Assembly (NCBI RefSeq): GCF_963921235.1
Contig: NC_086097.1
Span: 85,686,001-85,750,000, forward strand
Origin: Mobula hypostoma
Lineage: Eukaryota
Direction of reading: 5' to 3'
DNA: 64,000 nt
Below, in pieces: positions 51,942-64,000 of this stretch. The position numbers and the translations under genes are program-made. Below the pieces are notes generated by a model. The model saw only the letters and a program-made list of their open reading frames with translations, did no database searches and was not told the origin of the DNA. Each line of letters opens with the position of its first letter. Position 1 is the stretch's first letter.

Positions 51942-53801
51942 TGCCTTGGCAGTCAAAGTGAAGGATAATCCAAAGAGCTTTTACAGGTATATTAAGAGCA
52001 AAAGGATTGTAAGGGATAAAATTGGTCCTCTTGAAGATCAGAGTGGTCGGCTATGTGTGGAACCAAAGGAAATGGGGGAGATCTTAAATAGGTTTTTTGC
52101 ATCTGTATTTACTAAGGAAACTGCCATGAAGTTTATGGAATTAAGGGAATCAAGTAGTGAGATCATGGAAACTGTACAGATTGAAAAGGAGGAGGTGCTT
52201 GCTGTCTTGAGGAAAATTAAAGTGGATAAATCCCCGGGACCTGACAGGGTGTCCCCTCGGACCTTGAAGGAGACTAGTGTTGAAATTGCGGGGGCCCTGG
52301 CAGAAATATTTAAAATGTTGCCGTCTACGGGTGAGGTGCCGGAGGATTGGAGAGTGGCTCATGTTGTTCCGTTGTTTAAAAAAGAATCGAAAAGTAATCA
52401 GGGAAATTATAGGCCAGCAAGTTTAACGTCGGTAGTAGGTAAGTTATTGGAGGGAGTACTAAGAGACAGAATCTACAAGCATTTGGATAGACAAGGACTT
52501 ATCAGGGAGAGTCAAAATGGCTTTATGCGTGGTAGGTCATGTTTGACCAATCTATTGGAGTTCTTTGAGGAGGTTACCAGGAAAGTGGATGAAGGGAAGG
52601 CAGTGGATATTGTCTACATGGACTTCAGTAAGGCCTTTGACAAGATCCCACATGGGAGGTTAGTTAGGAAAATTCAGTCGTTAGGTATACATGGAGAGGT
52701 GGTAAATTGGATTAGACATTGGCTCAATGGAAGAAGCCAAAGAGTGGTAGTAGAGAATTGCTCCTCCGAGTGGAGGCCTGTGACTAGTGGTGTGCCACAG
52801 GGTTCAGTGCTGGGTCCATTGTTATTTGTCATCTATATCAATGATCTGGATGATAATGTGGTAAATTGGATCAGCAAATTTGCTGATGATACAAAGACTG
52901 GAGGTGTAGTAGACAGTGAGGAAGGTTTTCAGAGCCTGCAGAGGGACTTGGACCAGCTGGAAAAATGGGCTGAAAAATAGCAGATGGAGATTAATACAGA
53001 CATGTGAGGTATTGCATGTTGGAAGGACAAACCAAGGTAGAACATACAAGGTTAATGGTAAAGCACTGAGGAGTGCAGTAGAACAGAGGGATTTGGGGAT
53101 ACAGATACAAAATTCCCTAAAAGTGGCGTCACAGGTAGATAGGGTCGTAAAGAGAGCTTTTGGTACATTGGCCTTTATTACTCAAAGTATTGAGTATAAG
53201 AGCTGGAATGTTATGATGAGGTTGTATAAGGCATTGATGAGGCCGAATCTGGAGTATTGTGTTCAGTTTTGGTCACCAAATTACAGGAAGGATATAAATA
53301 AGGTTGAAAGAGTGCAGAGAAGGTTTACAAGGATGTTGCCAGGACTTGAGAAACTCAGTTACAGAGAAAGGTTGAATAGGTTAAGACTTTATTCCCTGGA
53401 GCGTAGAAGAATGAGGGGAGATTTGATAGAGGTATATAAAATTATGATGGGTATAGATAGAGTGAATGCAAGCAGGCTTTTTCCACTGAGGCAAGGGGAG
53501 AAAAAAACCAGAGGACATGGGTTAAGGGTGAGGGGGGAAAAGTTTAAAGGGAACATTAGGGGGGGGCTTCTTCACACAGAGAGTGGTGAGAGTATGGAAT
53601 GAGCTGCCAGACGAGGTGGTAAATGCGGGTTCTTTTTTAACATTTAAGAATAAATTGGACAGATACATGGATGGGAGGTGTATGGAGGGATATGGTCCGT
53701 GTGCAGGTCAGTGGGACTAGGCAGAAAATAGTTCGGCACAGCCAAGAAGGGCCAAAAGGCTTGTTTCTATGCTGTAGTTTCTATGGTTCTATGGTTCTAT
53801 G
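51942..53801 (+). mobile_element. Young CR1 LINE, 5'-truncated
   Basis: ORFs 51946..52980 and 52916..53602 carry full RT motifs ([27 protein letters not shown]). Tail (TTCTATGG)n. Confidence 0.95.
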
Positions 53802-54069
53802 AGTGACTCCATTTAAAATAATTGGTATATGTTCACTCACCACTGAATCCATTACATAAAATATCACAAATGATACATGATTGAAGAACCTTCCTATTGT
53901 TTCTAGTAATTATAATGAAACTTCCTCTTTAACAAGAGGAGCTGCCCTTAAGTGGCACTAGACATGCATTGTTATATGCACTGCACGAGTTGTGCAAGTA
54001 CCAAACATACTCAAACCAGAAGCCATTGTTGAATCTGGAGCTCTTCAGCCTGTTAAGGGCTAAATCTGT

Positions 54070-55360
54070 GGTGTTCCAAGAACAGAGATCCAGAAGGCTT
54101 GCAAGAAATCCACATGCAAAAAAGGGAAGGTGATCATGAGAATGAAAAGGCAGTTCTGTGTGCAGTTAGAGACGCAACTGGATGTGGTAGGGTTTGCAGG
54201 GCATTACTTCCTGTAAGGTGAAACCCAGCAGCATAAACAGCAGTGATGCTTCACATCTGATGAGATCAATGCCATTTATGCACACTTTGAAAGGGAAGAT
54301 CAACATTCTACCTGTGAAAATCCCCACAACATCTGGCAACCTTTAGTCTCTGTCTTAGAGGCCAACATCAAAACATCTTTCAAGAGGGTGAACCTTTGCA
54401 AGATGTCAGACCTCTACAGTGTACCTAGCCAGGTATCGAAAATCTGCATCAACCAACTGGATAGAATATTCAAGGACATCTTCAACCTCTTATTGCTGCA
54501 GGAAGACATTCCCACCTACCGCAGAAGGGCATCAATGATACCAGTGTCCAAGAAGAGCAGGCTGAGCTGCCTCATTGACTATTCTCTGGTAGCACTCACA
54601 TCTACCGTAATGAAGTGCTTTGGGAGTTTTTTCATAGCTAGAGCTATCGCTTGTTTGAGCAAGGACCTGGACCTGCTGCAATTTGCCAACCACAATAGAT
54701 CTACAGCGAATCCAATCTCATTGGCTCTCCACTTGGCCTTGGACCACCTGGAGAACTGCAATACAAACAGGCTGCTGTTTATCAATTACAGCTTGGCATT
54801 CAGTGCCATCATCCCCTCAGTACTAATCAACAGACTTCAAAATCTGGGTCTTTGTACCTCCCGTTGCAATAAGGTCCTTGACTTCGTCATCGGGAGGCCA
54901 CAGTCACTGCAGATCAGTAGTAGCATCTCCTCCTCACTGATAATCAAAACAGGTGCACCTCAAAGTTGGGTGCTTATCCCACTGCTCTACTCTCTCTACA
55001 CTCGTGACCATGTGGCTATGCACAGATCAAACACTATCTATAAATTCACCGGTGACACCACTGTCCTCGGTAGAATCTTGGGTGGCAACGAGGATGTGCA
55101 CAGAAGTGAGATAGATCAGCTGGTTGAGTGGTGTTTCAGCAACAACCTTGTACTCAATGTCAGTAAGACGAAGGAATTGATTGTGGATTTCAGGAAGGAG
55201 AAAGTGGGAGAAAACACATAAGTTCTCTTTGCTGGTTCAGTGGTAGAAAGGGTGAGAAGGTTCAAGTTCCCGGACATCAACACCTCAAAGGATCTATCCT
55301 GGGCCCAACACACGGATGTAATCATGACAAAGGCATGCCAACAGATATACTTCATTAGGA
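54070..55360 (+). mobile_element. Rex1/Babar-clade LINE RT region, degenerate
   Basis: VALTSTVMKCF, LQFA..NRST, TGAPQ, YKFTGDTT (from FADDT), LNVSKTKELIVDFRK. Confidence 0.88.
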
Positions 55361-55364
55361 TACG

Positions 55365-55453
55365 TAAATACAAAAGATTCTAGAGATGCTGGAAATCTTG
55401 GTCAACACACACACACAAAATTCTGAAGGATCTCAGCAAGTTAGACAACATCT
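55365..55453 (-). mobile_element. Penelope-like pLTR 3' part, cut off by the LTR-like element
   Basis: Reverse complement of the segment at 50819-50897 (GATGCTGG...CAACACACACAAAA...CTCAGCA...CATCT). Confidence 0.6.
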
Positions 55454-55920
55454 TGTCATGGTCCAGTCCGTGAAGTCCGTATTCCATTTCACAGTCTGGT
55501 CCAGCGAACCTTGCAGGTTTTCCTATTTACCCTGTTTCTGGCTTGTTGAGCTAATTGAGTCAGCTGATGCTCTTTGGGGCTGGCTGCATAAATACCTTCA
55601 GAGACCAGGATATGGCTGCTGGATTGTTCTTGTTCTTGTCCTTACTCCTTGTATCCCTTGCATCCCTTGCTCTGCCTTCTGTTTCCTTGCCTGAATCACT
55701 GCCTTGTCTTGCTGGTAAATCTCGCCTTGTCATGCCTGCAGTATTGTCCTGGAGCCACCCTGTACCTAGCTCCCTTCCTGTCCCTTGCCTCTGGCGGGTA
55801 AGCCAGGCCGTCTCGCCGCTACCTGCGGTTGGTTCTGTCCCTTCCTGTTCCATGCCTCCGTCGGGTGGTGAACCGCGCCTGCCCAGGTGAACTGCGCCCT
55901 GCCCCGGAGGAGCCTGCCTA
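55454..55920 (+). mobile_element. LTR-like sequence, 5' part (possibly Gypsy)
   Basis: Starts abruptly with TGTCATGG, has a TATA-like CATAAATA at 55587-55594 and a pyrimidine-rich body that grades into the tandem array. The 3' end (..CA) is not in the window. Confidence 0.5.
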
Positions 55921-58900
55921 GCCTCAAGCTTGAAGACTCCAGCCTTGCCTTGCCTTAAGTCCCCTGCCTCCTGCCTCGCTTCAAGTCCCCTGCCTCCTGC
56001 CTCGCTTCAAGTCCCCTGCCTCCAGCCTCACCTCAAGTCCCCTGCCTCCAGCCTCATCTCACCTCACCTCAAGTCCCCTGCCTCAAGCCTTGCCTCGCCT
56101 CAAGTCCCCTGCCTCCAGCCTCACCTCACCTCACCTCAAGTCCCCTGCCTCCAGCCTCGCCTCACCTCAAGTCCCCTGCCTCCAGCCTCGCCTCACCTCA
56201 AGTCCCCTGCCTCCAGCCTCGCCTCGACGCCTCAAGTCCCCTGCCTCCAGCCTAGCCTCACCTCAAGTCCCCTGCCTCCAGCCTAGCCTCGCCTCAAGTC
56301 CCCTGCCTCCAGCCTTGCCTCGCCTCAAGTCCCCTGCCTCCAGCCTCGCCTCACCCCAAGTCCCCTGCCTCCAGCCTAGCCTCACCTCAAGTCCCCTGCC
56401 TCCAGCCTCGCCTCGACTCGCCTCAAGTCCCCTGCCTCCAGCCTAGCCTCACCTCAAGTCCCCTGCCTCCAGCCTCGCCTCACCTCACCTCAAGTCCCCT
56501 GCCTCCAGCCTCGCCTCACCTCAAGTCACCTGCCTCCAGCCTAGCCTCACCTCAAGTCCCCTGCCTCCAGCCTAGCCTCGCCTCAAGTCCCCTGCCTCCA
56601 GCCTCGCCACGCCTCAAGTCCCCTGCCTCCAGCCTCGCCTCACCTCAAGTCCCCTGCCTCCAGCCTCACCTCACCTCAAGTCCCCTGCCTCCAGCCTAGC
56701 CTCGCCTCAAGTCCCCTGCCTCCAGCCTTGCCTCACCTCGCCTCAAGTCCCCTGCCTCCAGCCTCACCTCACCTCAAGTCCCTTGCCTCCAGCCTCGCCT
56801 CGCCTCATCCCCTGCCTCCAGCCTCGCCTCGCCTCAAGTCTCCTAAGACTCCAGCCTCCTGCCTCGCCTCGCATCTCCTAAGACTCCAGCCTCCTGCTTT
56901 GCCTCGCCTCAAGCCTGAAGACTCCAGCCTCCTGCCTCTCCTCACCTCAAGTTCCCTGCCTCAAGCCTTGCCTAGCCTCGCCTCAAGTCCCCTGCCTAGA
57001 GCCTTGCCTCACCTCAAGTCCCCTGCCTCCAGCCTCGCCTCACCTCACCTCGTCCCCTGCCTCCAGCCTCACCTCACCTCACCTCAAGCCCCTGCCTCCA
57101 GCCTCGCCTCACCTCAAGTCCCCTGCCTCCAGCCTAGCCTCGCCTCAAGTCCCCTGCCTCCAGCCTTGCCTCACCTCAAGTCCCCTGCCTCCAGCCTCGC
57201 CTCACCTCACCTCACCTCAAGTCCCCTGCCTCCAGCCTCGCCTCACCCCAAGTCCCCTGCCTCCAGCCTCACCTCACCTCAAGTCCCCTGCCTCCAGCCT
57301 AGCCTCGCCTCAAGTCCCCTGTCTCCAGCCTACCCTCACCTCAAGTCCCCTGCCTCCAGCCTCGCCTCACCTCACCTCACCTCAAGTCCCCTGCCTCCAG
57401 CCTCGCCTCACCCCAAGTCCCCTGCCTCCAGCCTCGCCTCACCTCAAGTCCCCTGCCTCCAGCCTAGCCTCGCCTCAAGTCCCCTGCCTCCAGCCTAGCC
57501 TCACCTCAAGTCCCCTGCCTCCAGCCTCACCTCACCTCACCTCAAGTCCCCTGCCTCCAGCCTCGCCTCACCTCAAGTCCCCTGCCTCCAGCCTAGCCTC
57601 ACCTCAAGTCCCCTGCCTCCAGCCTCGCCTCACATCAAGTCCCCTGCCTCCAGCCTTGCCTCGACTCGCCTCAAGTCCCCTGCCTCCAGCCTAGCCTCAC
57701 CTCAAGTCCCCTGCCTCCAGCCTAGCCTCGCCTCAAGTCCCCTGCCTCCAGCCTTGCCTCGCCTCAAGTCCCCTGCCTCCAGCCTCGCCTCAACCCAAGT
57801 CCCCTGCCTCCAGCCTAGCCTCACCTCAAGTCCCCTGCCTCCAGCCTCGCCTCGACTCGCCTCAAGTCCCCTGCCTCCAGCCTAGCCTCACCTCAAGTCC
57901 CCTGCCTCCAGCCTCGCCTCACCTCACCTCAAGTCCCCTGCCTCCAGCCTCGCCTCACCTCAAGTCCCCTGCCTCCAGCCTAGCCTCACCTCAAGTCCCC
58001 TGCCTCCAGCCTAGCCTCACCTCAAGTCCCCTGCCTCCAGCCTTGCCACGCCTCAAGTCCCCTGCCTCCAGCCTCGCCTCAGCTCAAGTCCCCTGCCTCC
58101 AGCCTCACCTCACCTCAAGTCCCCTGCCTCCAGCCTAGCCTCGCCTCAAGTCCCCTGCCTCCAGCCTTGCCTCACCTCGCCTCAAGTCCCCTGCCTCCAG
58201 CCTCACCTCACCTCAAGTCCCTTGCCTCCAGCCTCGCCTCGCCTCATCCCCTGCCTCCAGCCTCGCCTCGCCTCAAGTCTCCTAAGACTCCAGCCTCCTG
58301 CCTCGCCTCGCATCTCCTAAGACTCCAGCCTCCTGCTTTGCCTCGCCTCAAGCCTGAAGACTCCAGCCTCCTGCCTCGCCTCAAGCCTGAAGACTCCAGC
58401 CTCCTGCCTCTCCTCACCTCAAGTCCCCTGCCTCCAGCCTAGCCTCACCTCAAGTCCCCTGCCTCCAGCCTAGCCTCGCCTCAAGTCCCCTGCCTCCAGC
58501 CTTGCCTCACCTCAAGTCCCCTGCCTCCAGCCTCGCCTCAACTCACCTCGTCCCCTGCCTCCAGCCTCGCCTCACCTCACCTCAAGTCCCCTGCCTCCAG
58601 CCTCGCCTCACCTCAAGTCCCCTGCCTCCAGCCTCGCCTCACCTCAAGTCCCCTGCCTCCAGCCTAGCCTCGCATCAAGTCCCCTGCCTCCAGCCTTGCC
58701 TCGCCTCAAGTCCCCTGCCTCCAGCCTCGCCTCACCTCACCTCACCTCAAGTCCCCTGCCTCCAGCCTCGCCTCACCCCAAGTCCCCTGCCTCCAGCCTC
58801 GCCTCACCTCAAGTCCCCTGCCTCCAGCCTAGCCTCGCCTCAAGTCCCCTGCCTCCAGGCTAGCCTCACCTCAAGTCCCCTGCCTCCAGCCTCGCCTCAC

Positions 58901-61900
58901 CTCACCTCAAGTCCCCTGCCTCCAGCCTCGCCTCACCTCAAGTTCCCTGCCTCCAGCCTAGCCTCACCTCAAGTCCCCTGCCTCCAGCCAAGCCTCGCCT
59001 CAAGACCCCTGCCTCCAGCCTCGCCACGCCTCAAGCCCCCTGCCTCCAGCCTCGCCTCACCTCAAGTCCCCTGCCTCCATCCTCACCTCACCTCAAGTCC
59101 CCTGCCTCCAGCCTCGCCTCACCTCAAGTCCCCTGCCTCCAGCCTAGCCTCGCCTCAAGTCCCCTGCCTCCAGCCTAGCCTCACCTCAAGTCCCCTGCCT
59201 CCAGCCTCACCTCACCTCACCTCAAGTCCCCTGCCTCCAGCCTCGCCTCACCTCAAGTCCCCTGCCTCCAGCCTAGCCTCACCTCAAGTCCCCTGCCTCC
59301 AGCCTCGCCTCGACTCGCCTCAAGTCCCCTGCCTCCAGCCTAGCCTCACCTCAAGTCCACTGCCTCCAGCCTAGCCTCGCCTCAAGTCCCCTGCCTCCAG
59401 CCTTGCCTCGCCTCAAGTCCCCTGCCTCCAGCCTTGCCTCACCCCAAGTCCCCTGCCTCCAGCCTAGCCTCACCTCAAGTCCCCTGCCTCCAGCCTCGCC
59501 TCGACTCGCCTCAAGTCCCCTGCCTCCAGCCTAGCCTCACCTCAAGTCCCCTGCCTCCAGCCTCGCCTCACCTCACCTCAAGTCCCCTGCCTCCAGCCTC
59601 GCCTCACCTCAAGTCCCCTGCCTCCAGCCTAGCCTCACCTCAAGTCCCCTGCCTCCAGCCTAGCCTCGCCTCAAGTCCCCTGCCTCCAGCCTCGCCACGC
59701 CTCAAGTCCCCTGCCTCCAGCCTCGCCTCACCTCAAGTCCCCTGCCTCCAGCCTCACCTCACCTCAAGTCCCCTGCCTCCAGCCTAGCCTCGCCTCAAGT
59801 CCCCTGCCTCCAGCCTTGCCTCACCTCGCCTCAAGTCCCCTGCCTCCAGCCTCACCTCACCTCAAGTCCCTTGCCTCCAGCCTCGCCTCGCCTCATCCCC
59901 TGCCTCCAGCCTCGCCTCGCCTCAAGTCTCCTAAGACTCCAGCCTCCTGCCTCGCCTCGCATCTCCTAAGACTCCAGCCTCCTGCTTTGCCTCGCCTCAA
60001 GCCTGAAGACTCCAGCCTCCTGCCTCGCCTCAAGCCTGAAGACTCCAGCCTCCTGCCTCTCCTCACCTCAAGTCCCCTGCCTCAAGCCTTGCCTAGCCTC
60101 GCCTCGTCCCCTGCCTCCAGCCTTGCCTCACCTCAAGTCCCCTGCCTCCAGCCTCGCCTCACCTCACCTCGTCCCCTGCCTCCAGCCTCGCCTCACCTCA
60201 CCTCAAGTCCCCTGTCTCCAGCCTCGCCTCACCTCAAGTCCCCTGCCTCCAGCCTAGCCTCGCCTCAAGTCCCCTGCTTCCAGCCTTGCCTCGCCTCAAG
60301 TCCCCTGCCTCCAGCCTCGCCTCACCTCACCTTACCTCAAGTCCCCTGCCTCCAGCCTCGCCTCACCCCAAGTCCCCTGCCTCCAGCCTTGCCTCACCTC
60401 AAGTCCCCTGCCTCCAGCCTAGCCTCGCCTCAAGTCCCCTGCCTCCAGCCTAGCCTCACCTCAAGTCCCCTGCCTCCAGCCTCGCCTCACCTCACCTCAC
60501 CTCAGGTCCCCTGCCTCCAGCCTCGCCTCACCCCAAGTCCCCTGCCTCCAGCCTCGCCTCACCTCAAGTCCCCTGCCTCCAGCCTAGCCTCGCCTCAAGT
60601 CCCCTGCCTCCAGCCTCGCCTCACCTCAAGTTCCCTGCCTCCAGCCTAGCCTCACCTCAAGTCCCCTGCCTCCAGCCTAGCCTCGCCTCAAGTCCCCTGC
60701 CTCCAGCCTCGCCACGCCTCAAGTCCCCTGCCTCCAGCCTCGCCTCACCTCAAGTCCCCTGCCTCCAGCCTCACCTCACCTCAAGTCCCCTGCCTCCAGC
60801 CTAGCCTCGCCTCAAGTCCCCTGCCTCCAGCCTTGCCTCACCTCGCCTCAAGTCCCCTGCCTCCAGCCTCACCTCGCCTCATCCCCTGCCTCCAGCCTCG
60901 CCTCGCCTCAAGTCTCCTAAGAATCCAGCCTCCTGCCTCGCCTCGCATCTCCTAAGACTCCAGCCTCCTGCTTTGCCTCGCCTCAAGCCTGAAGACTCCA
61001 GCCTCCTGCCTCGCCTCAAGCCTGAAGACTCCAGCCTCCTGCCTCTCCTCACCTCAAGTCCCCTGCCTCCAGCCTAGCCTCGCATCAAGTCCCCTGCCTC
61101 CAGCCTTGCCTCACCTCAAGTCCCCTGCCTCCAGCCTCGCCTCACCTCACCTCGTCCCCTGCCTCCAGCCTCGCCTCACCTCACCTCAAGTCCCCTGCCT
61201 CCAGCCTCGCCTCACCTCAAGTCCCCTGCCTCCAGCCTAGCCTCGCCTCAAGTCCCCTGCCTCCAGCCTTGCCACGCCTCAAGTCCCCTGCCTCCAGCCT
61301 CGCCTCACCTCACCTCACCTCAAGTCCCCTGCCTCCAGCCGCGCCTCACCCCAAGTCCCCTGCCTCCAGCCTCGCCTCACCTCAAGTCCCCTGCCTCCAG
61401 CCTCGCCTCACCTCACCTCAAGTCCCCTGCCTCCAGCCTCGCCTCACCTCGTCCCCTGCCTCCAGCCTAGCCTCACCTCAAGTCCCCTGCCTCCAGCCTA
61501 TCCTCACCTCAAGTCCCCTGCCTCCAGCCTCGCCACGCCTCAAGTCCCCTGCCTCCAGCCTCGCCTCACCTCACCTCAAGTCCCCTGCCTCCAGCCTCGC
61601 CTCACCTCAAGTCCCATGCCTCCAGCCTAGCCTCGCCTCAAGTCCCCTGCCTCCAGCCTTGCCTCGCCTCAAGTCCCCTGCCTCCAGCCTCGCCTCACCT
61701 CACCTCAAGTCCCCTGCCTCCAGCCTCGCCTCACCTCAAGTCCCCTGCCTCCAGCCTCGCCTCACCTCAAGTCCCCTGCCTCCAGCCTCGCCTCACCTCA
61801 CCTCAAGTCCCCTGCCTCCAGCCTCGCCTCGACTCGCCTCGTCCCCTGCCTCCAGCCTAGCCTCACCTCAAGTCCCCTGCCTCCAGCCTCGCCTAACTCA

Positions 61901-64000
61901 CCTCAAGTCCCCTGCCTCCAGCCTCGCCTCACCTCAAGTCCCCTGCCTCCAGCCAAGCCTCGCCTCAAGTCCCCTGCCTCCAGCCTCGCCACGCCTCAAG
62001 TCCCCTGCCTCGAGCCTCGCCTCACCTCACCTCAAGTCCCCTGCCTCCAGCCTCGCCTCACCTCACCTCAAGTCCCCTGCCTCCAGCCTCGCCTCACCTC
62101 AAGTCCCATGCCTCCAGCCTAGCCTCGCCTCAAGTCCCCTGCCTCCAGCCTTGCCTCGCCTGAAGTCCCCTGCCTCCAGCCTCGCCTCACCTCACCTCAA
62201 GTCCCCTGCCTCCAGCCTTGCCTCACCTCAAGTCCCCTGCCTCCAGCCTCGCCTCACCCCAAGTCCCCTGCCTCCAGCCTAGCCTCACCTCAAGTCCCCT
62301 GCCTCCAGCCTCGCCTCACCTCAAGTCCCCTGCCTCCAGCCTAGCCTCACCTCAAGTCCCCTGCCTCCAGCCTAGCCTCACCTCAAGTCCCCTGCCTCCA
62401 GCCTTGCCTCGCCTCAAGTCCCCTGCCTCCAGCCTCGCCTCACCTCACCTCAAGTCCCCTGCCTCCAGCCTTGCCTCACCTCAAGTCCCCTGCCTCCAGC
62501 CTCGCCTCACCCCAAGTCCCCTGCCTCCAGCCTAGCCTCACCTCAAGTCCCCTGCCTCCAGCCTCGCCTCGACTCGCCTCAAGTCCCCTGCCTCCAGCCT
62601 AGCCTCACCTCAAGTCCCCTGCCTCCAGCCTCGCCTCACCTCCCCTCAAGTCCCCTGCCTCCAGCCTCGCCTCACCTCAAGTCTCCTGCCTCCAGCCTAG
62701 CCTCATCTCAAGTCCCCTGCCTCCAGTCTCGCCTCACCTCAAGTCCCCTGCCTCCAGCCTAGCCTCGCCTCAAGTCCCCTGCCTCCAGCCTCGCCTCACC
62801 TCAAGTCCCCTGCCTCCAGCCTAGCCTCACCTTAAGTCCCCTGCCTCCAGCCTAGCCTCACCTCAAGTCCCCTGCCTCCAGCCTCGCCACGCCTCAAGTC
62901 CCCTGCCTCCAGCCTCGCCTCGCCTCACCTCAAGTCCCCTGCCTCCAGCCTAACCTCGCCTCAAGTCCCCTGCCTCCAGCCTTGCCTCGCCTCAAGTCCC
63001 CTGCCTCCAGCCTCGCCTCACCTCACCTCAAGTCCCCTGCCTCCAGCCTCGCCTCACCTCAAGTCCCCTGCCTCCAGCCTCGCCTCACCCCAAGTCCCCT
63101 GCCTCCAGCCTAGCCTCACCTCAAGTCCCCTGCCTCCAGCCTCGCCTCGACTCGCCTCAAGTCCCCTGCCTCCAGCCTAGCCTCACCTCAAGTCCCCTGC
63201 CTGCAGCCTCGCCTCACCTCACCTCAAGTCTCCTGCCTCCAGCCTCGCCTCACCTCAAGTCTCCTGCCTCCAGCCTAGCCTCACCTCAAGTCCCCTGCCT
63301 CCAGCCTAGCCTCGCCTCAAGTCCCCTGCCTCCAGCCTCGCCACGCCTCAAGTCCCCTGCCTCCAGCCTCGCCTCACCTCACCTCAAGTCCCCTGCCTCC
63401 CCCCTCGCCTCACCTCAAGTCCCCTGCCTCCAGCCTAGCCTCGCCTCAAGTCCCCTGCCTCCAGCCTTGCCTTGCCTCACCTCACCTCACGTCCCCTGCC
63501 TCCAGCCTCGCCTCACCTCACCTCAAGTCCCCTGCCTCCAGCCTCGCCTCACCTCAAGTCCCCTGCCTCCAGCCTAGCCTCGCCTCAAGTCCCCTGCCTC
63601 CAGCCTTGCCTCGCCTCAAGTCCCCTGCCTCCAGCCTCGCCTCACCTCACCTCAAGTCCCCTGCCTCCAGCCTCGCCTCACCTCAAGTCCCCTGCCTCCA
63701 GCCTCGCCTCACCCCAAGTCCCCTGCCTCCAGCCTAGCCTCACCTCAAGTCCCCTGCCTCCAGCCTCGTCTCGACTCGCCTCAAGTCCCCTGCCTCCAGC
63801 CTAGCCTCACCTCAAGTCCCCTGCCTCCTGCCTCGCCTCACCTCACCTCAAGTCCCCTGCCTCCAGCCTCGCCTCACCTCAAGCCCCCTGCCTCCAGCCT
63901 AGCCTCGCCTCAAGTCCCCTGCCTCCAGCCTCGCCACGCCTCAAGTCCCCTGCCTCCAGCCTCTCCTCACCTCAAGTCCCCTGCCTCCAGCCTAGCCTCG
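55921..64000. repeat. C-rich minisatellite array, unit 29/34/39 bp, with higher-order structure
   Basis: Core AGTCCCCTGCCTCCAG followed by a variable number of pentamers (CCTCA/CCTCG/CCTAG/CCTTG). Runs to the window end. Confidence 0.98.

Noticed and set aside
55930..63804. Pro/Ser/Leu-rich ORFs of 91-337 aa
   Set aside because: They are translations of the minisatellite: the same peptides appear in all frames, starts are non-ATG and stops come from CCTAG variants.
55921..64000. CRISPR array or immunoglobulin switch region
   Set aside because: There are no unique spacers or cas genes and the context is eukaryotic. AGCT pentamers are essentially absent and no Ig exons are nearby.

Overview
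Eukaryotic, repeat-dominated vertebrate genomic DNA. The repeat spectrum suggests a cartilaginous fish, probably a ray (inference). Most of the window is transposon remains: many 5'-truncated CR1 LINE copies of different ages, one RTE LINE, Rex1/Babar and L2 fragments, a full-length but disabled DD34E Tc1 element with IR-DR ends, and two Tc1-derived non-autonomous families. One host gene is recognisable: the first coding exon of DESI2 (MANEPVILNVYDM|gtaagt, minus strand, 16307-16345), in a CpG island with several upstream ATGs. The most notable unexplained structure is a dispersed family of short, partly palindromic insertions carrying minimal type I hammerhead-ribozyme-like motifs; the copy at 23764-23984 has a 13-bp target-site duplication and looks like a non-autonomous Penelope-like retroelement. 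The last ~8 kb is a C-rich minisatellite with higher-order structure, apparently expanded inside an LTR-like element. Most ORFs in the supplied track are TE fragments, their antisense shadows or repeat artefacts. Boundaries of old repeats are approximate, and no database searches or folding computations were run.
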